64,000 nucleotides of DNA, taken from the NCBI RefSeq assembly GCF_009914755.1, contig NC_060930.1; one strand, written 5' to 3'. This DNA is from the human T2T-CHM13v2.0 reference genome, Homo sapiens. A program made the translations under genes and the position numbers. Positions 41,509 through 64,000 of this stretch are shown in pieces (the stretch's first letter is position 1; the number at the start of each line of letters is the position of its first letter). The notes under the pieces were generated by a model. The model was not told where the DNA came from and made no database searches. It saw only the letters and a list, made by a program, of their open reading frames with translations.

Positions 41509-42211
41509 CTGGTGGAAATTTTCATAATTTACTTTATTTCATTAAAATGTTGTAATGGATGTGTTCATTAATTTGACTGTAATGATCATTATACAAGGTA
41601 TATTAAGTCATCATTACACCTTGAATATATACATTCTTTACTTGTCAATGACATATTTTAAAAGAAAAAAATACAGTAAAAAAAAGTATTGATAAATATC
41701 AACTATCTGTATGTAATGAATAGTTTAAAAATTTACTCTTTTATTTCTTTTAATATTTCTAGTTGTATATGTGACATTTCTTTTTCAAAATATATCAAGT
41801 TGGATTAAAATTATAATATTCCATACATATATTTATAATATAAAATTGTAGTCAATCAGTTTACAGACAATTACTATTAACTGAAAGTTTACTAAAAGTT
41901 GTGAGAAGACCATAGGAAAAGAGAAAATAAGTTCTCTGTTTGGGAGCGGTGCCCAGCCTAATGAATGTGGTATTCTTTATTTAAAGAGTACACCTGGCCA
42001 GCCCAATTGTAGTGGGAGCCCTCACCTTTGGCAGTTTTTCTTCTAACAGTGCTTCCTTTCATGAGACAACTCATACCCACCTCCCTGGGTCTCCTTGTAA
42101 CTGATGACAATTGTTAATGTATGTATCCTGGTTCCTATGGGCAAGATGATTATATTCAAATGGGATTGTCAAACTTGCCCACGTGTGATGAGACTTTAAG
42201 AATCAGGAAAA

Positions 42212-42280
42212 TATGCCATTGCACTCCAGCCTGGGAAACAAGAGTGAAACTCCTTCTCAAAAAAAAAAAAGAAAAAAAAA
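42212..42280 (+). mobile_element. Severely 5'-truncated Alu
   Basis: ccattgcactccagcctggg...ctcaaaaa flanked by aagaatcagga TSD. Confidence 0.8.
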
Positions 42281-42642
42281 GAATCAGGATAATAACTGGA
42301 ATGTTAATTAGAGCACTTATTTTAATTTATTTTATTTTATTTTATTTATTTTAATTTATTTTAATTAGAGAGCACTTATAAAACAACCAAGCTTTGAAAA
42401 CTTGGCTTTGTTTAATTGAGAGAGTCAATACTGGTTCCTGTAGAATTTGTTTCTCCTGCTTATCTGAAATTTGGTTTGTTTTTAATATTTATATTTAAAT
42501 ATATATTTTCTTCTTAATACAAATAGGACTTTCATGAACATTTGACAGTTTCAGCCTTCAAAGTTGTTAATTCAAAAATGTGAATTTTCCTTTCTTAGTA
42601 AGGAAGCAAATTTCCATATATTGGCCATAATATATATATATA

Positions 42643-48764
<6,122 letters not shown>

Positions 48765-49402
48765 ATGTTTTTTTCTTTAGAGGTGCCTTCAGTCTGGTCT
48801 CTCTGGCAGGGTCAATTTCATTCCTACTGTTCCTGCTGTCATTTCTTTGTCAATGACTTCCAAATCTTTACCTCTACACCCAACCTCTCTTCTGAGTTTT
48901 GATTCCAAATTTTCAAAAAGTTGTGGAGTTTCTCCATCTGAATGCCCTTCTGGAATTATACACACATTATACTGTCAAAAATCATACTGTTAGCCTTCCA
49001 AACTGCTCTTCCTTCTGACCCACTAGTACTCATGTGCTACCTGTTAGAGACCTTTGGCCCTCTCCCCTGGCTCCCTCTTCCTTCTTACATTTAATAGCTA
49101 AGTCCTGGCATGTCCTCCTCTGTACTCACACTTCTATTTCTGTAATTCTCCCTTAGTTCAAGCCCCTTAGTATATCTCTCTGGGACTAATGCAATAACCT
49201 TTTCAAAATGTGTTATTTTCCCCTTGATTATAAAAGCAGTAAGTCACACTATAGAAAAATGGAAAAAATAGAGAAAGGCCTTAATAAAAAGGCAAAAATT
49301 ATCCATAATCCCATATCTCAGAGGTTATTAAAAGTTTATTTCTTTCTAGTTGGTTCTTCATGTGTGCATTCTCTATTATATTATAGTTTTACATCTTTTT
49401 AA

Positions 49403-49805
<403 letters not shown>

Positions 49806-50084
49806 TTACCACAAATGCACTTTAGAATAACCTGAGGGTACTGAAAAATATCCCAGGCTCACACTCCTAGAGTTTCAAATTCAATTATTTTGGTGTGGGG
49901 TCCTGCAATCGGTATTTTTAAAGACTCTACAGATGTTTTTAATGTGTATCTCAAGTGAAAAATCACCAGCTTACATGAATATAAAGGAGAAAGTTCTTAA
50001 ATGTATGTTAAACTACATTTTTAACTTTTAAGAATAAAACAAATAAAAGCAAATAAATGTACAATTCTATATAAATTAAGATAC

Positions 50085-50209
50085 CGTATTGGTTCCTTAA
50101 GCCACCACTCAGAAAGAATTACTTCAAGAATTTCAGGAGGCAAGGGCTCATTTTCCATTAGACTTGATTTGATTACTTCTTCTTCTTCTGTAAGTTGTAC
50201 TTCTGGAAG
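50085..50209 (-). CDS. AK9: AK9 exon: LPEVQLTEEEEVIKSSLMENEPLPPEILEVILSEWWLKEPI(R)
   Basis: ttttag acceptor and CG|gtatc donor; 125 nt, phase 0-2; joins the next exon to give R-STGFILDG. Not in the ORF track. Confidence 0.9.
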
Positions 50210-50259
50210 CTAAAAACAAAAATCAGAAAACAAAACAAGTTTTAAAACTCTATGCTAAT

Positions 50260-50650
50260 AATTGCATGTTCTCACTCATATGTGAAAGTTAAAGAGGAGG
50301 ACCTCATGGAGGTGGAGAGTAGAATGAAAGTTACCACAGGCAGGGAAGGGTGTGTGGTAGGGATAGAGGACATGAAGAGAGGCAGGATAATGGGTACAAA
50401 CATACAGTTAGATAGAAGGTGTAAGTTCTAATGTTCAATAGCACAGAGGGAAACTATAGTTAGTAACAATGTATTGTGTATTTCAGGATAACTAGAAGAG
50501 AGGGCTTGAAATGCTCCCAACACATAGCAATGATAAGTGCTCAAGGTGATGGATATCATAAATACCCTGACTTGATCCTTATACATTCTATGTGTGTAAC
50601 AAAATATCACAGGTACCCCATAAATATGTACAAATACCAATTTAGAAAAC
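50260..50650 (+). mobile_element. L1MA 3' end
   Basis: gcatgttctcactcatatgtg...gggtacaaacatacagttagatagaagg. Confidence 0.8.
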
Positions 50651-50804
50651 CCCAAAATCTATATTCATAAACAATATGGTATTACGTAGCTGATTAGAAT
50701 GAGACCTGTTATTTTCTCTGAGGTCTTTTTTTATAGTGTTGCTTATAAACATTTAAAAATTTGGGCTATTTTCTATAAACCAATTATTTAATGTGGTTAG
50801 AAAT

Positions 50805-50881
50805 ACAGGTTGTACAAAAGTAATTGCGGTTTTTGCTTTAAAAGTAATGGCAAAAACACAACCACTTTTGCACCAACCTAT
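50805..50881. mobile_element. MADE1 (Hsmar1 MITE)
   Basis: aggttg-tacaaaagtaattgcggtttttgc...ggcaaaaac...acttttgcaccaaccta palindrome. Confidence 0.88.
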
Positions 50882-51489
50882 AGTAAATAATATTTACTAC
50901 AGCTAAGATAAATTATAAGTAATAATATGATTGATTTTCATACATGGCCTTGGGGTCATATCTCATTACTTTTTGCTAAACCTTTTTCAATTTATCACAC
51001 ACACGCCTATAAGGCTTAACTGATTTTTGTTATTTATATTATAATTTTACAGTATTATCTCTCCAACCTAGATCCTGATTATGGGATAAGCCAAACAGGC
51101 AGCCATCTGAAATACAAACTAGAAGAGGATTATAATGTAATAACAAATAGAAAGCATTGTGATAATTAACTGAGGTCAAGTCTCTCTAAAGTAGGATCAC
51201 CCTTGAATGGATAGTAAAAAACAACAGTTCTTACAAAAATGAAACATTTTTGTTGAGTACTTTTGTCATCCAAAATTCTAAAACTGAATAGCTAAGGTAT
51301 GATAAACTGCTGCTTACCGGGAAGCAGGATTAATTTTATTACCTAAAAATAAAATCCCTTAATTGCTTTCTGACAAGTTATTCAGAAAACAATAAAAGAA
51401 AACCAAACAAAAAACTGTAGACAAGCAGGAGATATTTGTTGCACTTTAAAATCTAGACTTGTTAAGTTAAAAAATCTGGACTGACATAC

Positions 51490-51787
51490 TTTTTTCTTTT
51501 TTTGAGATGGAGTCTTGCTCTGTTGCCCAGGTTGGAGCACAGCAGTGCGATCTTGGCTCACTGCAACCTCCGCCTCCTGGGTTCAAGTGATTCTCCTGCC
51601 TTAGCCTACTGAGTAGCTGGCATTACAGGCATGTGTCACCACGCCTGGCTAATTTTTGTACTTTTAGTAGAGACGGGGTTTCACCACGTTGGCCAGGCTG
51701 GTCTTGAACTCCTGACCTCAAGTGATCTGCCTGCCTCCACCTCCCAAAGTGCTGGGATTACAGGCGTGAGCGACCGTGCCTGTCCCG
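51490..51787 (-). mobile_element. AluSx/Sz
   Basis: Alu consensus. Confidence 0.9.
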
Positions 51788-51873
51788 ATATACATTTTTT
51801 AAATTAATAGGATATCAGTTTCTCCTGAACGCTACTAAATATAGCTGAAAAACATTTAAAGAATATGTCTGAA

Positions 51874-52180
<307 letters not shown>

Positions 52181-52373
52181 TCAGGTACTTCATTACCTAT
52201 TAGAACACCATATGTCACTCACTATCCAACCCTGCTTCAACTTTGAGTGTTACATATAACTGCATTTGGATCATTTGAGAACAAATGGCCTATCTATATC
52301 AGAAATGGTTAAAATGTGAGTTAGAATGAAGAACTTTCATTGTATAACTCCAGATAGAAGCCATGTAAGAGGT

Positions 52374-52798
52374 TAATACGGTTTGGATCTGTTTCCCCGC
52401 CCAAATCTCATGTGGAATTGCAATCCCCAATGCTGGAGGTGGGGTCTGGTGAGAGGTGATTGGATCATGGGGGTGGTTTCTCATGAATGGTTCAGCACCA
52501 TTACCCCCTTGGTACTGTCATGACGGTAGTGAGTGAGTGCTCATGAGATCCAGTGGTTTAAAAGTGTGTGGCACCTCCCACCTCACTCTCTTTCTCCTGC
52601 TCTGGCCATGTGATGTGTCTGCTCTCCCTTCACCTTCTGCCATGATTGTAAGTTTTCTAAGGCCTCTCCAGAAGCCAAGCAGATGCCACTATGCTTCCTG
52701 TATGGCCTGAAGAATTGCGAGCCAGTTAAACCTATTTTCTTTAAAAATTACCCAATCTCAGGTATTTCTTTATAGCAACGAGAGAACAGATTAATACA
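52374..52798 (+). mobile_element. MSTB-like MaLR solo LTR
   Basis: ggtttggatctgt...cccaaatctcatg...ctcaggtatttctttatagca...taataca. Confidence 0.82.
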
Positions 52799-53195
52799 GT
52801 ACAAACTTTCTGGTAAGACATCATTAGAAATTAATATTTTGAGATCTCCACTAAGGCTGGGGCAGATTTTTATGCTATTTGATAGAAATCAGAGAACACA
52901 ATAATGGAAAAGTTTATTGTCTAAGTCAGATATACCAAATATCATACTTCCAAATAAATGCTATAAAACAGCCTTGTCAAGGAAAATTTTTCTGAATTTT
53001 TTTGGAGTCATATAAAACTCAGTACTTTATATTCTAGAAGAGCTGGAAGATTTGTATTTAGCATATGATGAATATGACTCTTTAAATGACTTTTATGGGC
53101 TAATTATTTTCTCTTCTTAGAAACTTTATAGAGTTTTATACTACCACTACCCCAGATTAACACCAGTAAGCACAGCTGTCTGCATAGATTAGTAC

Positions 53196-53893
53196 TGCCA
53201 GGCACAGTGGCTCATGCCTATAATCCCAGCACTTTGGGAGGTCAAGGTGGGTAAATGGCTTGAGCCCAGGAATTTGAGACCAGCCTGGGCAACATAGCAA
53301 GACCCCCATCTCTACAAAAAATACCAAAACTAGCTGGGCATGGTAGTGCACACCTGTAGTCCCAGCTACTTGGGAGGCCAAGTGATATGGTTTGACTGTG
53401 ACCTCACCCAAATCTCATCTTGAATTCCCACATGTTATGGGAGGGACACAGTGGGAAGTAATTGAATCATGGGGGCAGGCCTTTCCCATGCTGTTCTTGT
53501 GATAGTGAATAGTCTCACAAAATCTGATGGTTTTATAACGGGGAGTTTCCCTGCACAAGCTCTCTCTTTGCCTGCTGCCATCCACGTAAGATGTGATTTG
53601 CTCCTCCTTGCCTTCTGCCATGACTGTGAAGCCTCCCCAGCCACATGGAACTAATTGTAAGTCCATTAAATGTCTTTCTTTTGTAAATTGCCTGGTCTCG
53701 GTATGTCTTTGTCAGCAGTGTGAAAATGGACTAATACACCAAGGCAGGAGGATCACCTGAGCCCAGGGAAGTTGAGGCTTTGGTGAGCTGTGATTGTGCC
53801 ACTGCCTTCCTGTCTGGGTGACAGATGGAGACCCTGTCTCAAAAACAACAACAATAACAACAGCAAAAACAAAACAAACAAAAAACAAAAAAA
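53196..53893 (+). mobile_element. AluJ interrupted by a THE1 LTR
   Basis: Alu halves at 53196-53382 and 53739-53893. Confidence 0.88.
53383..53738 (+). mobile_element. THE1 (B/C-like) solo LTR with 5-bp TSD CCAAG
   Basis: tgatatggtttg...ggactaataca; 356 bp; ccaag at 53378-53382 and 53739-53743. Confidence 0.9.
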
Positions 53894-53904
53894 GAGATTA
53901 CTAC

Positions 53905-54165
53905 CTGCTTTTTTGTATTTTCTTCCTCAACTTTGACATTGGCCTGAATTGCAAGCTCTTCAAGTTCTTGTTTGGCAGCTTGCTCGTTCTCAGAATCTTC
54001 CTCAAATTCAGGTCCCACTTTCTTTTCAGTTTTGAGTAGTAGTTTTTCTTGAAGAACTTCTTCAAACTGAATGTGAAAAATGTTTAATTTTTCTGCCAAC
54101 TGTCTTCCACACATAGTTTTGCCAGAGCCCTGGGGGCCGACAAGGCATATTCTTAATGGAGGAGC
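53905..54165 (-). CDS. AK9: AK9 exon: APPLRICLVGPQGSGKTMCGRQLAEK...NTKKQ (P-loop of an adenylate kinase domain)
   Basis: gacag acceptor and CAG|gtag donor; 261 nt, phase 0-0; Walker A GPQGSGKT. Confidence 0.95.
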
Positions 54166-55419
54166 CTGTCACAGGGGGTGGGTCAGGGAGGGGTGGGATA
54201 AAGGGAGAGTGAAGGAAAAGCAGTTTTGAGTAATTTAGAACACATAAGACTTATTAACTGCCCTCCCTAAGATGGGGTAGGAATGATCACATCATGAACT
54301 CAAGGATGCTTAGATATTAGGATTTCAATTAACATAATTAGTTCCATCAACACTGGTCCTCAGGGAGCACCAACAACCATATATGATTATCTTGGTATCA
54401 TATGCCAAAAGGCATTTAATAAAATAGAGTTTACTTATTTTTGTTTTTGACAAAAGTTTTAGTTAATACAGAATGGAAAGATACTTTCTTAACATAATAA
54501 AATAAATCTATCAAACAGAAAGCCCACTAATAATAAAAATTTACAGCCTTCTCCATTTATTACAGTAATCTCAGGACTCACATTGTGTGGATCATCCACG
54601 GGATGCTGAAACTGTCAAGAACAATGGTGAGTACTGGAATGAAGCAGCAGCTAAGTCTTCTGTGATTGTGAGGAAATACTAAGAAATTAGTAGGTGACAG
54701 CAGCAAGGAGGAACGGGGCTTCTTGATATATCCGAGTAGGATAAGCCTCAAAGGGGCTGGAGTTTTTGCAAGGGGAAGGAGAAAAATTAGAATGACATGA
54801 AATTATATAGCTGCAGCCTCACACCATACTTTTAAATCACATTTTAAACCTCTCCGTGATAAAACTACCGGATTAACACTTCACTCACCCACCAGTTAAA
54901 CGTCTCGCAACTAGGGCTGTCTGGTGCTCAGACTGTATTCAGGTACCCTATGGTAGGGAAGGGAAATGTTTCTGGAAAACCCAGTTCATTTTATGCTTTG
55001 CAAAACTATGGAAATACAGTCAGGATTTCAGGATCTTATCCATATGGATTTGTGTAAAACAAGGCAATAGATCACAAACAGCAAACCAGACTAAGCGGAA
55101 ATTACAGCTGAAAACAACAACAACAGAAAAGGGTAAGTGGCCACAGTCCTTAAATGACCCCCAACACCAGTGGATTGGGGCTTCTTTGTGAGGGCACAAC
55201 CATCCACATACTTCAGTAGTCTCATGGGCACTATATAAAAAATTGAGGTTCATGAAAATGGCCCAAATTATACAGAAGAGCTTAGATTGTGTTCCATGTG
55301 TTCATTTTAAGAAGGCATTGATATTATCAAAAGTAATAAGGCAATATATTGTGATGTATATATCTTGCTCCAGTAATCCTATCCCAGGGAGCTATAGCAT
55401 AGCACAGTAGTAAAGTAAT

Positions 55420-56211
55420 TCAAGAAAGCCAAAACACTTATAGCCAACTCATTTTCTACAAAAGCACCAAATACGTGGAAGAAAGGATGGTCTCTTTAAT
55501 ATATGGTGCTGTGAAAGCTGGATATCCATATGCAGAAGAATGAAACTAGATCCTCATCTTTCACCTATACAGAAATCAACTCAAAATGGATTAAAGACCT
55601 AAATGGAAGACCTGAATATATAAAACTGCTAGAAGAAAACATTGGGGAAGTGCTACAGGACATTGGTCTGGGCAAAGATTTTTCCAGGTAAAACCTCAAA
55701 AACACAGGCAATAAAAGCAAAAATAGACACATAGGATTACATTAACCTAAAAAAACCTCTGTATCACAAAGAAAATAACATAGTAAAGAGACAACCTACA
55801 GAATAGGAGATAAGATTTGCAAAGTATCCATCCAACAAGGGATTAATAACCAGAATATATAAAGAACTCAAACAGCTCAGTAGCAAAAAAAAAAAAAAAA
55901 AAACCCAAATATTCTGATTTAACAATGGGGAAAAAAGACCTGAACAGACATTTCTCAAAAGAACACATACAAATGGACAACAGGTATATGAAAAAATGCT
56001 CAATATCACTAATCATCAGGGAAATGCAAATCAAAACCACAGTGAGATATCATCTCACCTCAATTAGAATGGCTATTATCAAAAAGACAAAAAAAATAGC
56101 AAATACTGATGAGGATGTGAAGAAAGGGGAACACTTGTACACTGTTGTGGAAATGTAAAGTAGGAAAGCCATTATGGAAAACAGTATGGAATTTTCTCAA
56201 AAATCTAAAAA
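55420..56211 (+). mobile_element. L1MA/L1M ORF2 3' region
   Basis: ORF 55925..56158 (DLNRHFSKE...REMQIKTT) matches the L1 ORF2 C-terminus. Confidence 0.85.
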
Positions 56212-56213
56212 TA

Positions 56214-57166
56214 TGAGGGGTCTTCGAAAAGTTGACAGAAAATGCATATTATGACAAAACTATGCATGGATTCACTTTTTTTTGCACCAAATAAACTCAT
56301 ATGAACTTGTTATAACATATCTGAACAGGATCTAGTTTGAGGCACTAAGAAAGATAAGACATCAGTTTGAAAACAGCCCCTATCAGAGCAACATGAGTTC
56401 TGCTAAAATTGAAGTAGGAATAAACATCAAATTTATGGTGAAGCTTGAGAAGAAGAATGGTGAAATCATTGATGCTTTATGAAAGTTTCGGGGACAATGC
56501 CCCAAAGAGATCAGCAGTTTCCAAATGGACAATTTGTTTGAAAAAAGGACAAGACAATGTTGAAGATGAAGCCTGCAGTAACAGACCATCCACTTAAATT
56601 TGTGAGGAAAAAATTTGTCTTGTTTGTGGCCTAATTGACAAGGACTGATGATTAACAGCAGAAACAATAGCCAAAACACCTAGACATCTAGGTTGGCTCA
56701 GTGTACAATTTTTCTGACTGAAAAATTAAAGTTGAAAAAAGTTTCTACTCTATGATTGCCAAAACTGTTGCACCCAGATCATCTGCTGACAAAAACAGAG
56801 CTTTCGATGGAAATTTTAAACACATGGGATCAGAATCTTGAAGCATTTGTTTGAAGAACTGTAGAGGAGATGAAACATGGCTTTATCAGTATGATCCTGA
56901 AGACAAAGCACAATCAAAGCAATGGCTACTAAGAGGTGGCAGTGGTCCAGTCAAAGCAAAAGTGGACTGGTCAAGCACAAAGGTCATGGCAACAGCTTTA
57001 TTTTTTTGAGGATCAATGCATTTTCCTTGTTAAGCTTCTGGAGGGCCAAAGAGCAATAACATCTGCTTATGATGAGAGTGCTTTGAGAAAGTCAGCCAAA
57101 GCTGTAACAGAAAAATGTCCAGGGAAGATTCACCAAAGTGTCCCTCTCCACTATAACAATGCTCCA
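56214..57166 (+). mobile_element. HSMAR2 mariner transposon, 3'-truncated, with transposase pseudogene from ATG 56393
   Basis: TA then gaggggtcttc.aaaagtt TIR; decayed MSSAKIE..NIKFMVKL...GDETWLYQYDPEDKAQSKQW...LEGQR..TSAY..HYNNAP with stops and frameshifts. Confidence 0.9.
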
Positions 57167-57536
57167 CTAAAAAATGACTATTGTATAGCCATGGTAACAA
57201 TAGCCACTCAAACAATTTTAAATTGGTTTAATTAATCAGGGTAAACTCACTTCAGGGAATACATTTTTGCAATCCAACCAACCAGTGTCAGCCCTCACTC
57301 TCGAAACTCAACCAATCAGGATGGACTTACCCCTATAACAATTCTCTGAGTGTGAACCAGTCAACAGCAGCATCACTAGAGTAATCTTACTTCCATAGAT
57401 GTCAACCCACTTATGCCTCTGAAAGTTCACCAATCCCTGAATTCCACTCTTCTCCAAAATCCTGTAAAAGACCATCATCCTGCTCTGCTCTGAAAGACTA
57501 ACCAGAATGACTGGCCTCACTATAGTAAGGAATTAA

Positions 57537-58001
<465 letters not shown>

Positions 58002-58127
58002 TAGATATTTTCTTTATATTGTAATATCAGATTGGGGATTTCACCCTTAAGTAAATTGATGGTGATTGGTAATCAGTCCCAAAAAAATCCTGTGGGAGCA
58101 ATCATTAAGATAGGAATACTGTCTCAC

Positions 58128-58340
58128 CTTCAATGGTTCTTCATGAGCCACATAATCCTCAGGATGCTCCAAAAACTTTTCTTTAGCCTCAGCACTTGAA
58201 AAGTAGTAGATCTTTTCTCGATACTTGGCTGCTTCTTCTGTGTTTCCTGGTTGCAGGATGAAGTTTTCTTTGAGGACCACCGGACAAAAGTGTTTTGTGT
58301 CTCCCAAATGCCTCTTTCTCTCCTTCATTTTATCTTCACC
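58128..58340 (-). CDS. AK9: AK9 coding exon 1 of 17 in window: GEDKMKERKRHLGDTKHFCPVV...HEEPLK (YHS-like module)
   Basis: Acceptor ttctag at 58341-58346 and donor AAG|gtgag at 58127; 213 nt, phase 0-0; lies in ORF 58047..58328; recognised as AK9. Confidence 0.93.
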
Positions 58341-59273
58341 CTAGAAACGGTATTCAAAGTTTGGAGAACATTAAACTAAAAAAGTATTTTGATGCAGATA
58401 ATTTTTTAAAATGCTTCTTGAATAATATTTAATCTGTAGCAACTTGAAAACTATCCACAAAAAGCCAGTCCTTATATTATTTTAATTAATTAAAAATCAG
58501 TTTCTCATATATTACTCTAAGTGCACATTCTAAGTTTCTTTATTTTCATGAGGAAAATAAAGCAGCACTGAGAATGAAGGTGCCTCCAGTCCTCTACCAA
58601 CAGAGATGTAATGAAAAACTCCGGGATGTGTTGATGCTGGGTCATTGTGAGGTCAGTTTCTAAAATAGAATTATTCCCTAAAAGTAAAAGCTGAGTCAAG
58701 GTCACAACTTCTTACCCATGGCAAATTAAATGAGAGATGCCTCAGGATTTACTTTGGTATTAAGTGGATATATGATCAAATAATAATTTGGAAATATCCT
58801 ATTTAGCTCAATTGAAAGTGTAAAATGTATTTTCATTTATGATAAAGAAAATATTGCAAAGTCCATTAAGGATTCTTTCAATTTATTTAAAGCAAGGGAA
58901 ATACACTTAAAAAATGTTTTTTATGATGTAAAATACATGCTTACTGTAAAAATATTCAAAACACATCACAATGTATAAAAAGTGAAAATCTCTTTTCACC
59001 GTTTTTCTTCCAGTACTATGTTAGCATTCTTAATAGTTTTATCTCCCAGACTCATTAAAAAAATCCTACCAATATGCCTATAAAAATAGATATATATTTA
59101 GGCACATATATAGTATTTTTAAAAATACAAAGGGAATACTTTACATACTTATTTACATCATACTTCTTTCCACAAAACAAGATACAACAAACTTTCTATA
59201 AAGGTGCAAAAATGAGACTAACCTTTCCTTTTACTATTCTTACTTGATATTAATATCAGAATATGCAAACCTT

Positions 59274-59571
59274 GGCTGCGTGCGGGGGCTCATGCCTGTA
59301 ATCCCAGCACTTTGGGAGGCCGAGGCGGGGTGGATCACATGAGGTCAGGAGTTTGAGACCAGCCTGGCCAACATGGTGAAACCCCTTCTCTACTGAAAAT
59401 ATAAAAACTAGCCAGGCATGGTGGCGCGTGCCTGTAATCCCAGCTATTCAGGAGGCTGAGGCAGGAGAATCACTTGAGTCCGAGAGGTGGAGGCTGCAGT
59501 GAGCCGAGATGGCACACTGCACTCCAGCCAGGGTGACAGAGTGAGACTCCATCTCAAAAAAAAAAAAAAAA
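59274..59571 (+). mobile_element. AluSx/Sz
   Basis: Alu consensus with A tail; atgcaa.ctt flanks. Confidence 0.9.
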
Positions 59572-59789
59572 TGCAAGCTTCAAAACGAGCTGGAAAATAA
59601 TGATTTTTTTCCTATGATGTTCAAAAAATACAGGGACTTATCTAATCAATGAAGGTGTATGTAAGAAATGACCTATAAAGCCTCCCCCACCTATTATTTT
59701 GGTTTAGCTTTTATCTTTCTTCCTAAGCCCATATTTTAGTAATTGATTTTATTTGGGGTAAAATCCTTTCAAGTCCTTATAATTTTTTT

Positions 59790-64000
<4,211 letters not shown>

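Noticed and set aside
42305-42380. (TTTTA)n tract flanked by a duplicated agagcacttat
   Set aside because: Could be a tail-only retroposon insertion, but no element body is identifiable; slippage is equally plausible.

Overview
Primate, apparently human, genomic DNA containing the 3' half of AK9 (adenylate kinase 9, formerly AKD1; recalled location 6q21) on the minus strand. I reconstructed 17 coding exons by hand (58340 down to the stop at 1407). All splice phases are compatible, giving 994 aa of the C-terminal protein: two adenylate-kinase (P-loop) domains, a charged helical insertion, four YHS/TRASH-like repeats and a Dpy-30-like C-terminal motif. A 3' UTR with tandem AATAAA follows at 912-922. 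One intron is GC-AG. The introns are dense with repeats: about 16 Alus (one very young, AluYg6 lineage), a near-full-length L1PA, other L1/L2/MIR, ERV1/MaLR solo LTRs (MER41A, MER52, MER57, LTR26-like, THE1, MST, MLT1) and DNA transposons (HSMAR2, MADE1, MER53, MER1A, MER3, MER46C). I found no wholly new biological system. The most testable candidates are: an inverted young-Alu/old-Alu pair bracketing an in-frame exon (TBXT-like skipping or circularisation); an in-frame alternative 5' splice site (+18 aa); a rare 5'-inverted Alu; and degenerate catalytic motifs in the last kinase domain. Repeat subfamily names are from memory of consensus sequences, and repeat boundaries are approximate unless a TSD is quoted.
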